A stretch of DNA of 64,000 nt from an uncultured Candidatus Saccharibacteria bacterium (lineage in GTDB: Bacteria > Patescibacteriota > Saccharimonadia > Saccharimonadales > JALRHH01): the NCBI GenBank assembly GCA_964474995.1, contig CAYYUY010000004.1:23857-87856 (forward strand). Reading direction: 5' to 3'. Shown piece after piece: positions 37,721-46,413 of the stretch (positions are counted from its first letter, which is position 1; the number at the start of each line of letters is the position of its first letter). The notes under the pieces are model-generated. The model saw nothing but the letters and a program-made list of their open reading frames with translations. It was not told the origin of the DNA and made no database searches. The position numbers and the translations under genes are program-made.

Positions 37721-38908
37721 ATGCTAAAACAAAAAATCAAAAAAATAGGCAAATTAACTACCAAACAGACACTTGTTCTGGTTGTGTTAGCTTTATTTGG
37801 TTTTTCTGCGTTTGTTACGCCACTTGTGCGAGCAGACAACTATGATGCACAGATCAAACAGCTCCAGGAGCAAAATGCCGCCAACCAGTCGCAAGCCAAG
37901 GTTCTTCAGTCGCAAGCTGAGACATATCAGCAAGCGGTTGATCAGCTACAAGGCCAAATAAATACCCTACAAGGCCAAATTGATGCCAACACGGCCAAGA
38001 GCAATGATCTCCAAACAAAGATTACTGCTGCAGAGACTGAGCTTGCGAAACAACGTAAGATTATTGGTGAGAGTATTCGGAGTATGTATCTTGAGGGTCA
38101 AATCAGTACACTCGAAATGCTTGCGTCCAGTAAGAACCTGAGTGACTTTGTTGATAAGCAGCAATATCGTAACTCTGTTCAAAACAAGATCAAAGACACG
38201 ATGGATAAGATCACAGCTCTAAAAGCACAAATGCGATCACAGAAAGAGCAGATCCAGCAGCTATTAAATGAAGAGAACTCTATGCAAGGCCAGCTTTCGG
38301 CCGATCGCTCAAAACAAGCAGAGCTACTCGCTTATACCGAGGGACAGAAAGCAAGCTACGAAGCTCAGATCAAAGCAACAAATCAACAGATATCAAGCCT
38401 TCGTGCACAGCAGTTAGCGTTTTATAACAGCATCTCAGGAGGTGGTAAACGAACATCGGGTGCCTATGGAAGTTTTCAGTATCGAAACTTAAGTCAGCAA
38501 CAGTATTGTGGCGGTGGCTATCGTTTCTGTGCTTGGGGACATGATGATTGGGTTAGCACCGAGGCAGGCGATACATGGGGTCTTCATTTGGCTCGTGAGT
38601 GTGTGCACTATGCTGCTGACCGTGCTGCTCGTGGCAGAGACTTGAGTGCGTACTTCGGGAGTGGTCGAGGCAATGCCGGTAATTGGCCTAGTAGCTTGAG
38701 ATACGCACCGGGAGTATATACAGACAATACACCTGAAGTTGGCTCAGTTGCTATTGCAGACATCCCTCCAGTTGGTCATGCCATGTACGTCGAATATATT
38801 ACTGATGATGGATGGGTCGGTGTATCGCAGATGAACTGGGATGTACAAGGTCACTACAGCACAATGGAAATCAAAGCATCTGGTGCGGTGTATGTGCACT
38901 TTCACTAG
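37721..38908 (+). CDS. Secreted coiled-coil + CHAP-domain peptidoglycan hydrolase (PcsB-like)
   Basis: Signal/TM segment, then ~230 aa of Gln-rich heptad-like coiled coil. C-terminal CHAP-type Cys/His contexts (LARECVHYAADRA; VGHAMYVEYI). The start may be 37706. Confidence 0.7.
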   Translation: MLKQKIKKIGKLTTKQTLVLVVLALFGFSAFVTPLVRADNYDAQIKQLQEQNAANQSQAKVLQSQAETYQQAVDQLQGQINTLQGQIDANTAKSNDLQTKITAAETELAKQRKIIGESIRSMYLEGQISTLEMLASSKNLSDFVDKQQYRNSVQNKIKDTMDKITALKAQMRSQKEQIQQLLNEENSMQGQLSADRSKQAELLAYTEGQKASYEAQIKATNQQISSLRAQQLAFYNSISGGGKRTSGAYGSFQYRNLSQQQYCGGGYRFCAWGHDDWVSTEAGDTWGLHLARECVHYAADRAARGRDLSAYFGSGRGNAGNWPSSLRYAPGVYTDNTPEVGSVAIADIPPVGHAMYVEYITDDGWVGVSQMNWDVQGHYSTMEIKASGAVYVHFH

Positions 38909-38922
38909 AGCAACATGAAACC

Positions 38923-38955
38923 AAAAAGAGCTCCACTTGAAGGAGCTCTTTTTAT
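38923..38955. terminator. Bidirectional terminator between convergent hydrolase and FemAB genes
   Basis: AAGAGCTCC (38926-38934) / GGAGCTCTT (38942-38950), flanked by an A-run and a T-run. Confidence 0.75.
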
Positions 38956-39987
38956 TTAACGACCACGTCGTTGTATAAGCTTGTACAGGCTAAATGCTCG
39001 GTACAGAAGAGGTGACATCACAATATCTGCCGGCTTGGAGTGGCTGACAAGTGCGCCACCAAAACGTTTCTTGAAGTCGGTTACACCGGACAGATGTGTG
39101 CTTTTGATATCGTCGCTGATACCACCAAAATTGTATGAAGTAGCACCAAAATCATCTTTGGCTTTTTGCATACAGTTCCATTGCAGGAAGTATGATGGAG
39201 CGATCTTGCGATATTCATTGGCTGAGCAGCCAAAGACGTAGTGAGCCTGGCCTTCATACACGACGACTAATGCGGCCGCCGCAGGCTTGCCACCGATGTT
39301 AGCGAAGGCCAAAAATGCACAGTTTTCTTGTTCAAGCGCTGCAAAGACAGCTTGATAGTAGGCTTTTGGAAACAGCCCAAAACCGTTGCGTTCGGAGGTG
39401 ATTTCCATCAGTGAGTAGAAACTTTCGAGCTGTGAACTGTTGACCTCCTCGAACTGGATAGTGGTGTCATTACGCTCAGCGAGGCGAATATGATAACGAG
39501 CTTTTTTGTGGAGCTCTAGCTCAAGCTGCGAAACTTCTGGGCGTACATCGAGCACCCATTCATTGCGTGGTTGGAGGCTTGAGGTGGCCGCCGCCTGATT
39601 GCTTGGCGTCACAAGCCCCTTGGCTGGCATGTCGTCGGCATCGAGCCGCACAAATAATAATTTTGGATCATTGGTGATGGTCTTGAAGAAATGCTTGATA
39701 GCGGTGACAGCGGCGCTTGACCAGGCGGTCAATACAGGCCCGTAGGGCGTATACAGGTAGTGATAGCCACCAGGCAGTGGGTATTCAATTGCCATGCCGG
39801 CACCAATCGTAGTATCACCGGCGCTCACCTGGTAATAGATAACTTTTTTACCCGATAACTGCTGCCAATGTCCATAAAACGGTGCATTGAGGAAATGAAG
39901 CGGGCGAGCCAACTGAGGTTTTAGGGCCCCCAGTGCTTGGCCGTACTGTGCAAGGTTAATTTCGGAGACGGTGTAGGTGTCTGACAT
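38956..39987 (-). CDS. FemAB-family peptidoglycan interpeptide-bridge aminoacyltransferase
   Basis: Length and blocks typical of FemX/FemAB: WQQLSGKKVIYY, LYTPYGP, FFKAYY-like KAYYQAVF, YFLQWNCMQKAKDDG-like, and FGGISD..GVTDFKKRFGG. The ATG at 39987 is preferred. Confidence 0.7.
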   Translation of the reverse strand: MSDTYTVSEINLAQYGQALGALKPQLARPLHFLNAPFYGHWQQLSGKKVIYYQVSAGDTTIGAGMAIEYPLPGGYHYLYTPYGPVLTAWSSAAVTAIKHFFKTITNDPKLLFVRLDADDMPAKGLVTPSNQAAATSSLQPRNEWVLDVRPEVSQLELELHKKARYHIRLAERNDTTIQFEEVNSSQLESFYSLMEITSERNGFGLFPKAYYQAVFAALEQENCAFLAFANIGGKPAAAALVVVYEGQAHYVFGCSANEYRKIAPSYFLQWNCMQKAKDDFGATSYNFGGISDDIKSTHLSGVTDFKKRFGGALVSHSKPADIVMSPLLYRAFSLYKLIQRRGR

Positions 39988-40129
39988 CTTCACTAAATTA
40001 TATAGGAGCAGCAGGGTTTCTCCCACTTTGAATCGTAACTGGGCTGAAACTGAGGAGGATAATCAGCCGCTTTTGAGAGTCGTTGCTATATAATGAAACG
40101 GTCTAGAAAATTCCGTGGAGGGTAATTAC

Positions 40130-41371
40130 GTGAGCATGCAAAAAGACGAATCCCAGCGCCCGCTGATCTCGCAACGAAAAACACCAAGTTTTGCTAAACT
40201 TTTGAGCTTCGGGCTCGTCGCCGTCATTATTTTTGGCCTTGGCGTCAACGTCGGTAACGGCAAACTAAATATTGGCCCCAATAGGTTATACCGCAAGAGT
40301 GTTTCCAAAGATCTGCCGGCTAATCTTGATTACTCATCTGTTGAGAGGGTCTATGATCAGCTTCGTACGCAGTACGATGGCAAGCTTGATCAAGCCAAAG
40401 TGCTCGATAGCCTCAAGGAAGGCCTGGCGCAGGCAACCGGTGATCCATTTACCGAATATTTCAACGCTACTGCCGCAAAAGACTTCAACGATGAACTCAG
40501 TGGCACATTCACAGGTATCGGCGCCGAACTTGGCAAGACAGACACTGGTAGTATCGTGGTTATCTCACCAATTGCTGACTTCCCAGCTGCCAAGGCTGGC
40601 CTGCGAGCCAAAGACGTCATCACCAAAGTTGATGGCAAATCTACTGCCGGCCAGACCATTAGTGACGCCGTCGACAAAATCAGGGGCAAAGAGGGCACTA
40701 AAGTTACGCTGACAGTGCTCCGTGACAATACGCAGGAACTGACATTTGAAATTACTCGTGCGCAGATCAAAATCGCCAGCGTAAACAGTAAGATACTCGA
40801 TGGTAATATTGGCTACATACAGATCACTCGATTTGGTGATGACACTGCTGGCCTCGCAACAAAAGCCGCCGATAGCTTCAAACAAGCTGGCGTAAAGGGT
40901 GTCATTCTTGACCTCCGCCAAGACCCAGGTGGCTTGCTCGATGCTGCGGTGAGTGTCTCTAGTCTCTGGTTGCCATCTGGCAAAACTGTTCTTTCAGAAA
41001 AACGTGACGGTGTAACAGTACACAACTACCCATCAACGGGTGTTGCAACACTACAGGGTATAAAGACAGTGGTATTGATTGACGAAGGTAGTGCCAGTGC
41101 ATCAGAGATTACTGCCGGCGCACTCAAGGATAACGGTGCAGCGACGCTTATCGGTGTGAAAAGCTACGGCAAGGGCAGTGTGCAGCAGCTCGCCAGTCTT
41201 GGTGACGGCGCAATGCTCAAAGTCACCATTGCGCACTGGTTTACACCGTCAGGCAAGGGCATCGACAAGATTGGCATTCAGCCAGACCAAAAAGTTGATC
41301 GCACGGCAGCCGACGTCAAAGCCAACAAAGATCCTCAGCAAGACGCCGCTCTCCAGTTTTTGAACAAATAA
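40130..41371 (+). CDS. ctpA: Carboxy-terminal processing peptidase (S41) with PDZ
   Basis: FTGIGAEL, PDZ PAAKAGLRAKDVITKVDG, LDLRQDPGGLL, GSASASEI (Ser) and YGKGSVQ (Lys). The GTG at 40130 lies 7 nt after GGAGGG. Confidence 0.85.
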   Translation: MSMQKDESQRPLISQRKTPSFAKLLSFGLVAVIIFGLGVNVGNGKLNIGPNRLYRKSVSKDLPANLDYSSVERVYDQLRTQYDGKLDQAKVLDSLKEGLAQATGDPFTEYFNATAAKDFNDELSGTFTGIGAELGKTDTGSIVVISPIADFPAAKAGLRAKDVITKVDGKSTAGQTISDAVDKIRGKEGTKVTLTVLRDNTQELTFEITRAQIKIASVNSKILDGNIGYIQITRFGDDTAGLATKAADSFKQAGVKGVILDLRQDPGGLLDAAVSVSSLWLPSGKTVLSEKRDGVTVHNYPSTGVATLQGIKTVVLIDEGSASASEITAGALKDNGAATLIGVKSYGKGSVQQLASLGDGAMLKVTIAHWFTPSGKGIDKIGIQPDQKVDRTAADVKANKDPQQDAALQFLNK

Positions 41372-41432
41372 ACTTCTTTGAAACAGGCCTGGCTCATGGT
41401 AGAGTTATTGACATATAAGAGGGTAAAAGTAG

Positions 41433-43049
41433 GTGGCTGAGCGACCAACTAAGTTTGTATTTGTGACAGGTGGTGTGCTTTCCGGACTCGGCAAGGGCAT
41501 TACCGCCGCCTCCATCGGTAACATTCTTAAGGCCCGCGAATTATCAGTCAACATCCAGAAGTGCGACCCGTACCTCAACTCTGACGCAGGCACTCTCAAT
41601 CCAGCTGAGCATGGTGAATGTTTTGTCACACGTGACGGGGCAGAGACTGACCTCGACCTTGGTCACTACGAACGCTTCCTTGACCAGGAGCTAACACAGT
41701 CTAGTAGCTTGATGAGTGGCCGCGTGCTTCGCAAAGTTATTGACGGTGAGCGCAGTGGCAAATACCTTGGTAAAACCGTGCAGTTCATCCCGCACGTTAC
41801 CCAAGCAATTCAAGAAGAAATCCTTGCAGCCAGCAAGGGCTACGACGTTCATATTGTCGAAATTGGCGGCACGGTTGGTGACTATGAGGGTTTGAGCTTC
41901 ATCGAAGCTATACGTGAGCTCTCACAACAGATTGGCCGGGATAACTGCATGTTTGTGCACGTTGTGTACTTGCCATACCTGGGTGCGAGCAATGAATTTA
42001 AATCCAAGCCTGCTCAAAATGCTGTCCGCGAGCTTCGCGGTCTTGGTATTGTGCCTGATGTCCTCGCAGTGCGCAGTGAAGAGCCGGCACCAAAAAGTAT
42101 CATTAGTAAGCTTAGTTTGTACTCTGGTGTTGCCCCGGAAGCAATCGCATTACTACCAAATGCGAAGTCAATCTACCAAGTACCGCTTACACTTGAAGAC
42201 AGTGAACTGGCTGATGTTATTAGTAAGCGACTTGATCTCAAAATGGCCAAGCCGCACATGCGTGAATGGCGGCAGATGGTCGAAAAAGCCTTGGCTCGTC
42301 CAGAAAAGACCGTCACCATCGGTGTCGTTGCCAAATATATGGACAACCTCGATACCTACATGTCAGTCTTTGAAGCACTGAAGGCCGCCGCCTGGTGGCA
42401 GGATGTGTCACTTGACCTTAAGTGGATCAATGCCGAAAAGCTTGATAAAGATGATGCCGATACCGCAAAAGCCCTCAAGGGTTGTGCAGGTATTTTAGTG
42501 CCCGGTGGTTTCGGGCAACGCGCACTGGAGGGCAAAATTCGGGCCGCCCAGTACGCACTCACCAACAAGATTCCATACCTCGGCCTGTGTCTCGGTTTAC
42601 AGATGGCCGTCATCGCTGCCGCTCGCAATGCAGGCGTAACTGATGCAACTTCCGAAGAGCTCAACCCAGACAGCAAAACCAAAGTTATTAGCACCATGGC
42701 CGACCAACACGGCAAGCAAAACACTGGCGGCACGATGCGCCTTGGTGACTACACCTGTGACCTACAAAAGGGTAGTTTAGCTGCCAAAGTCTACGGCTCG
42801 CTGGAGATTGTTGAACGACACCGACACCGCTATGAATGTAACAATGATTACCGTGACCAATACGAATCATGGGGTATCATCGCTTCCGGTCTGAGCCCAG
42901 ATGGTAAGCTTGTAGAAATGATCGAAGCCACCGCATCTAGTGGGCACCCATTCTTCTTGACCACACAGGCACACCCAGAGTTCAAGTCTCGTCCAAACCA
43001 TCCGCACCCGATGTTCACGGGCTTCATTACTGCCTCATTGCAGCAGTAG
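41433..43049 (+). CDS. pyrG: CTP synthase
   Basis: KFVFVTGGVLSGLGKGI, a GATase domain with YLGLCLGLQ (Cys) and AHPEF. GTG start. Confidence 0.95.
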   Translation: MAERPTKFVFVTGGVLSGLGKGITAASIGNILKARELSVNIQKCDPYLNSDAGTLNPAEHGECFVTRDGAETDLDLGHYERFLDQELTQSSSLMSGRVLRKVIDGERSGKYLGKTVQFIPHVTQAIQEEILAASKGYDVHIVEIGGTVGDYEGLSFIEAIRELSQQIGRDNCMFVHVVYLPYLGASNEFKSKPAQNAVRELRGLGIVPDVLAVRSEEPAPKSIISKLSLYSGVAPEAIALLPNAKSIYQVPLTLEDSELADVISKRLDLKMAKPHMREWRQMVEKALARPEKTVTIGVVAKYMDNLDTYMSVFEALKAAAWWQDVSLDLKWINAEKLDKDDADTAKALKGCAGILVPGGFGQRALEGKIRAAQYALTNKIPYLGLCLGLQMAVIAAARNAGVTDATSEELNPDSKTKVISTMADQHGKQNTGGTMRLGDYTCDLQKGSLAAKVYGSLEIVERHRHRYECNNDYRDQYESWGIIASGLSPDGKLVEMIEATASSGHPFFLTTQAHPEFKSRPNHPHPMFTGFITASLQQ

Positions 43050-43139
43050 TTACGAGACCGCCGCACTACTGCAACAAATTGGTTGGGTGAGTTTGCAATA
43101 GACGCAGTACTATTGCATATATTGTCAAAATTCAGTAGC

Positions 43140-43553
43140 ATGAGCAGTATGGAACCGACACAAACACCACCCCCAGCAGCAACACAAAAGAAAATTCTTC
43201 TTGTCGAGGATGACGATGCACTCGCCAGCATGTACCAGATGCGTCTTGAGGCCGAAGGTTTCCAGACCAAGCGTGCGCCAAACGGTGAAGATGCGCTCGC
43301 ACTTGCGGTACAATATCGTCCTGACCTCATCGTGCTCGATGTGATGATGCCAAAGGTAAGTGGGTTTGATGTCCTGGATATTCTCCGCAATACACCAGAC
43401 ACTGCCAACATCAAAGTCATCATGCTGACTGCACTCAGCCAAGATGCTGACAAAGAGCGCGCTGAAAGCCTCGGTGTCGATGACTACCTCGTCAAATCAC
43501 AGGTTGTGATTGCTGACGTTGTTGATCGTATCAAGCATCATCTCGGCGTTTAG
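43140..43553 (+). CDS. Stand-alone response-regulator receiver domain (canonical)
   Basis: LLVEDDD, DLIVLDVMMP (Asp), IMLTA (Thr) and YLVKS (Lys) are all present. There is no output domain. The start is uncertain (43083/43140/43149). Confidence 0.8.
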   Translation: MSSMEPTQTPPPAATQKKILLVEDDDALASMYQMRLEAEGFQTKRAPNGEDALALAVQYRPDLIVLDVMMPKVSGFDVLDILRNTPDTANIKVIMLTALSQDADKERAESLGVDDYLVKSQVVIADVVDRIKHHLGV

Positions 43554-43579
43554 TAGACTTATTTACTCGGGACTTATCA

Positions 43580-43601
43580 TCCCCTTCACGGGGGAGTTTT
43601 T
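43580..43601 (+). terminator. Weak GC hairpin + T-run after the receiver gene
   Basis: TCCCC-loop-GGGGA followed by GTTTTT. Confidence 0.35.
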
Positions 43602-43634
43602 CTATAAGTAGAAAAATGTCATAATACTTATATC

Positions 43635-44597
43635 GTGAATGAAAATAAAAACATTTTGTCTCCCGAGCGTCAGATTATGCTGATTGGACCACGCTTGTCA
43701 CCGCTGTCAGAGCGTATGGGCCATGATCGCTTTGATGGGGAAGTGCTTGTGAGCCGCCAGCATACTATGCATATATCTGGTGGTACGCATGAAATTTCAG
43801 AACAGGAACTCCTCGATAATTATTTTGATTTTCTGGCGGATGTAAGGCAGACCGCCGAACAAGACTCATCCAAAAATGGTGAGGTGATGCATGAAATGGC
43901 CGAGCGTTTTGCTCGTGACTCGACATACCTCTCAGTGGCAGATGCCAGGGCTGCCGTTCGCGGACTTGGCACGAGTCAGGCAGACTACTTACTCGCCAAT
44001 CAAGATAGACAGTTATTTTTGTTTGTACCCAAACGTTCGGCGCACAAAAGCCAGGGGAAATTTGCAGACGATATGGAATCTTACATTGGCGCTGTTGCTC
44101 CCGATGTGGCAGAGAGAGTCCATATAGTTGGTAAAAATAATACGACGGATATACAAATGCTTGGTGCCGCCGACCCATCACTATCCAAGATCGTTTTGCT
44201 TGATGATTGGTCGGTGACGGGCAATCAAATAGCCAATGAAGTTGGGTATCTACAACAATATCTCGAAATCGCGTCATTAGGCAGACTCCGTAGCAACCTT
44301 GAGGTCAACTTGCTTCTTATCCGTGCTGATCAAATTCATGACGGATTCCGCAACCTTAACGATGTTGAGGCTACGTATAACATTCATAAACACATTCCAA
44401 TGCGAGCCTTTTTTACGAGTAAAGCCATCAAACAGCACGCTGGTCCAATGCCGACAGGCGCTCATTCTGCCGTTGATTATGGCTTTCAATCGCAGATTGC
44501 GCAGATGCGCGACTATCTGGCAACCGAAACCGCAGATCATGAACTACTTTTGCCGTATATCGCTACCGTGCGGTCACACTATGCCGAAGAGTACTAA
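43635..44597 (+). CDS. Hypothetical protein with phosphoribosyltransferase-like motif
   Basis: 320 aa with a GTG start. KIVLLDDWSVTGNQI resembles the type I PRTase PRPP-binding loop (hhhhDDxxxTGxT). Otherwise unrecognised. Confidence 0.35.
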   Translation: MNENKNILSPERQIMLIGPRLSPLSERMGHDRFDGEVLVSRQHTMHISGGTHEISEQELLDNYFDFLADVRQTAEQDSSKNGEVMHEMAERFARDSTYLSVADARAAVRGLGTSQADYLLANQDRQLFLFVPKRSAHKSQGKFADDMESYIGAVAPDVAERVHIVGKNNTTDIQMLGAADPSLSKIVLLDDWSVTGNQIANEVGYLQQYLEIASLGRLRSNLEVNLLLIRADQIHDGFRNLNDVEATYNIHKHIPMRAFFTSKAIKQHAGPMPTGAHSAVDYGFQSQIAQMRDYLATETADHELLLPYIATVRSHYAEEY

Positions 44598-44610
44598 TTA
44601 CGACCGATGA

Positions 44611-44639
44611 TTGACAAATTAGCATCAAAGTGCTAATGT
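44611..44639 (+). promoter_or_regulatory. Sigma-70-like promoter TTGACA-17 nt-TAATGT
   Basis: Hexamers at 44611-44616 and 44634-44639. The spacer contains the inverted repeat TTAGCA..TGCTAA. Confidence 0.5.
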
Positions 44640-44667
44640 ATTACTAGTTACGTAAAAAAACAAAACG

Positions 44668-45693
44668 ATGCAACCAGAACAAAACAACTTCGACCCACAA
44701 CAACAGCTATTCAAAATTACCGCAGAGCAAGAAGCTCAGCTCGGCCGTGTTGAGATGGGTCCTGAATCAGAGGCGATGCTGCAATCTTTTGGCGCGATCG
44801 CTGTGGAAGGTAATGTTGCGCTCGTCGTCACTACAGCTGAAGATGGTACCGAGACCCCAAGCCACTACGTTGATATTGGCAGTGACCTAGGCACACGACT
44901 CAATCCTGATAAAAGCGAGCGAGCCAAACAACTGCCGAGTCTTGAGGAGGGCCACGCTCTCGTTAACCAAAAAGCTGAAAGTGAATCTGAGCCCGAGCAA
45001 GAGGCCGCATCGACCGAACAAGAAACCGTAGCTGCAATTGAAAAGATTATCGATGAATCAGACCTTGTTGAGGCACTGAACAGCTACAACAGGCTTCATG
45101 ATGATATGGAGCAGGGCGCTCATGTTGAACGCAGTGCGCTTACTGCAGCATCAGAACAACTCGAGATGCTCCTTCGTAGCCTGAACTATGCCAATAACGA
45201 AGGTCCATGGGCCGGGAATAATTTAAGAAACCACCCACAGTTGATTAATCAGGTTCGCCAGGCGGCAGAAGAACTACAGCAAGTTAACAGGCAGATACAA
45301 AATGCTGGCAATGATACCGCAGACTCGCGTGAGGCTTTTACTAACAGATTCGTTGAAACAGCAGAAAATGCACAACAGAAGCTAGCGCAGATAGAGAGCG
45401 ATGACGCTCGGGGTATTAAACGATCACTCTCTGACATTTCAGAGAGCTTACAGGTACAACGTATGCGTAGTCGTAACAGTGGCGATGATAAAAATGCCAA
45501 ACTTGGTCAGCTCGCTCGCCAAATCGAAGAGATGGCATATGACTCGTATATGACAGTTGATGACGCTTTACATGTCATTCGTAATGGACAATATATTCTT
45601 GAAAGCCTCGTAACCGACGGCCACCGATCAAGAGTTGAACAAGAAGAACTACAAAATCAAATTGCATCACTCGCTCGTACCGTACGACCGTAA
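44668..45693 (+). CDS. Hypothetical acidic, Gln/Glu-rich (coiled-coil-prone) protein
   Basis: 341-aa ORF. No motif recognised. Confidence 0.45.
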   Translation: MQPEQNNFDPQQQLFKITAEQEAQLGRVEMGPESEAMLQSFGAIAVEGNVALVVTTAEDGTETPSHYVDIGSDLGTRLNPDKSERAKQLPSLEEGHALVNQKAESESEPEQEAASTEQETVAAIEKIIDESDLVEALNSYNRLHDDMEQGAHVERSALTAASEQLEMLLRSLNYANNEGPWAGNNLRNHPQLINQVRQAAEELQQVNRQIQNAGNDTADSREAFTNRFVETAENAQQKLAQIESDDARGIKRSLSDISESLQVQRMRSRNSGDDKNAKLGQLARQIEEMAYDSYMTVDDALHVIRNGQYILESLVTDGHRSRVEQEELQNQIASLARTVRP

Positions 45694-45798
45694 ATAATGC
45701 CAACCAACAATCCGATACCTGGTCTCGTTAGATAGTTAACAGACAGTTTGGTGAATGCTGCCATACTTAATCTCGCAATGTAATGTGGGAGATTTTTT

Positions 45799-46077
45799 AT
45801 GATTGGAAACGGATCCTTAGAACAACGATACCTTGGTCCGGCGCGAGTCGAGGCTAAGATTGATGATTTGCAATTAAATGGGGGGCGTTATGGGGCTACG
45901 GCGCTACGTGATCAGTATGAAGAGCTCTATGGCCCTGAGGGTATTGGTTGAAGGGCAGAATCGAGGGTGCCACATACTCCAGCGGAACATTTAGCCCAGA
46001 ACATGGGCTTGGTTATTTTTGAGGTCTTGGTGACACCAACCGGTGATATAAATGCCAGTTTCAGACAGCAGCAATAG
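45799..46077 (+). pseudogene. Small-protein paralogue interrupted by one in-frame TGA (45949-45951)
   Basis: ATG 45799 has a GGGAG SD. The translation reads MIGNGSLEQRYLGPARVE..YGPEGIG*RAES..VLVTPTGD..Q. It aligns along its full length with the 46123 protein, and the TGA aligns with that protein's TGG (Trp). The ORF track misses it because each half is under 60 aa. Confidence 0.6.
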
Positions 46078-46087
46078 GGCACCTACA

Positions 46088-46116
46088 TTGACTTTTCATA
46101 ATATTTATGCTTAAAT
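46088..46116 (+). promoter_or_regulatory. Promoter TTGACT-17 nt-TTAAAT, 6 nt upstream of ATG 46123
   Basis: Hexamers at 46088-46093 and 46111-46116. Confidence 0.45.
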
Positions 46117-46122
46117 GTATAT

Positions 46123-46398
46123 ATGAATGAACAACACCCAGTCGAACGTCAATACGAAGGCCCAGCCCGTTTAGAACAGGATCGCATTAGCGAAACTGAT
46201 CTTAACAGCACGCTCGGTATGGGTAGTAACTCTCGACGTGACATGCTCAATGATAGCTATGGTGCAGAGGGTGTTGGCTGGGAGGCTGTACAGCCCGAAG
46301 TCAAGACTCGTGCACAATTAGAAGATCGTCGAATTGGTAGGGAACTTTTGAAAATTGTTGTTACGCCTGATGGTGATAATAAACGCGCTAGTCGCTAA
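46123..46398 (+). CDS. Small hypothetical protein (91 aa), intact paralogue of 45799-46077
   Basis: Shares VERQYEGPARLE, YGAEGVGW and VVTPDGD blocks with the upstream copy. Confidence 0.55.
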   Translation: MNEQHPVERQYEGPARLEQDRISETDLNSTLGMGSNSRRDMLNDSYGAEGVGWEAVQPEVKTRAQLEDRRIGRELLKIVVTPDGDNKRASR

Positions 46399-46413
46399 AC
46401 GCATCTCAAAAAT

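Noticed and set aside
42848-43453. 201-aa minus-strand ORF spanning the pyrG end and the receiver gene
   Set aside because: It is antisense to two well-supported genes and crosses their intergenic terminator-like hairpin. The composition is Ser/Ala/Arg-rich shadow-ORF type.
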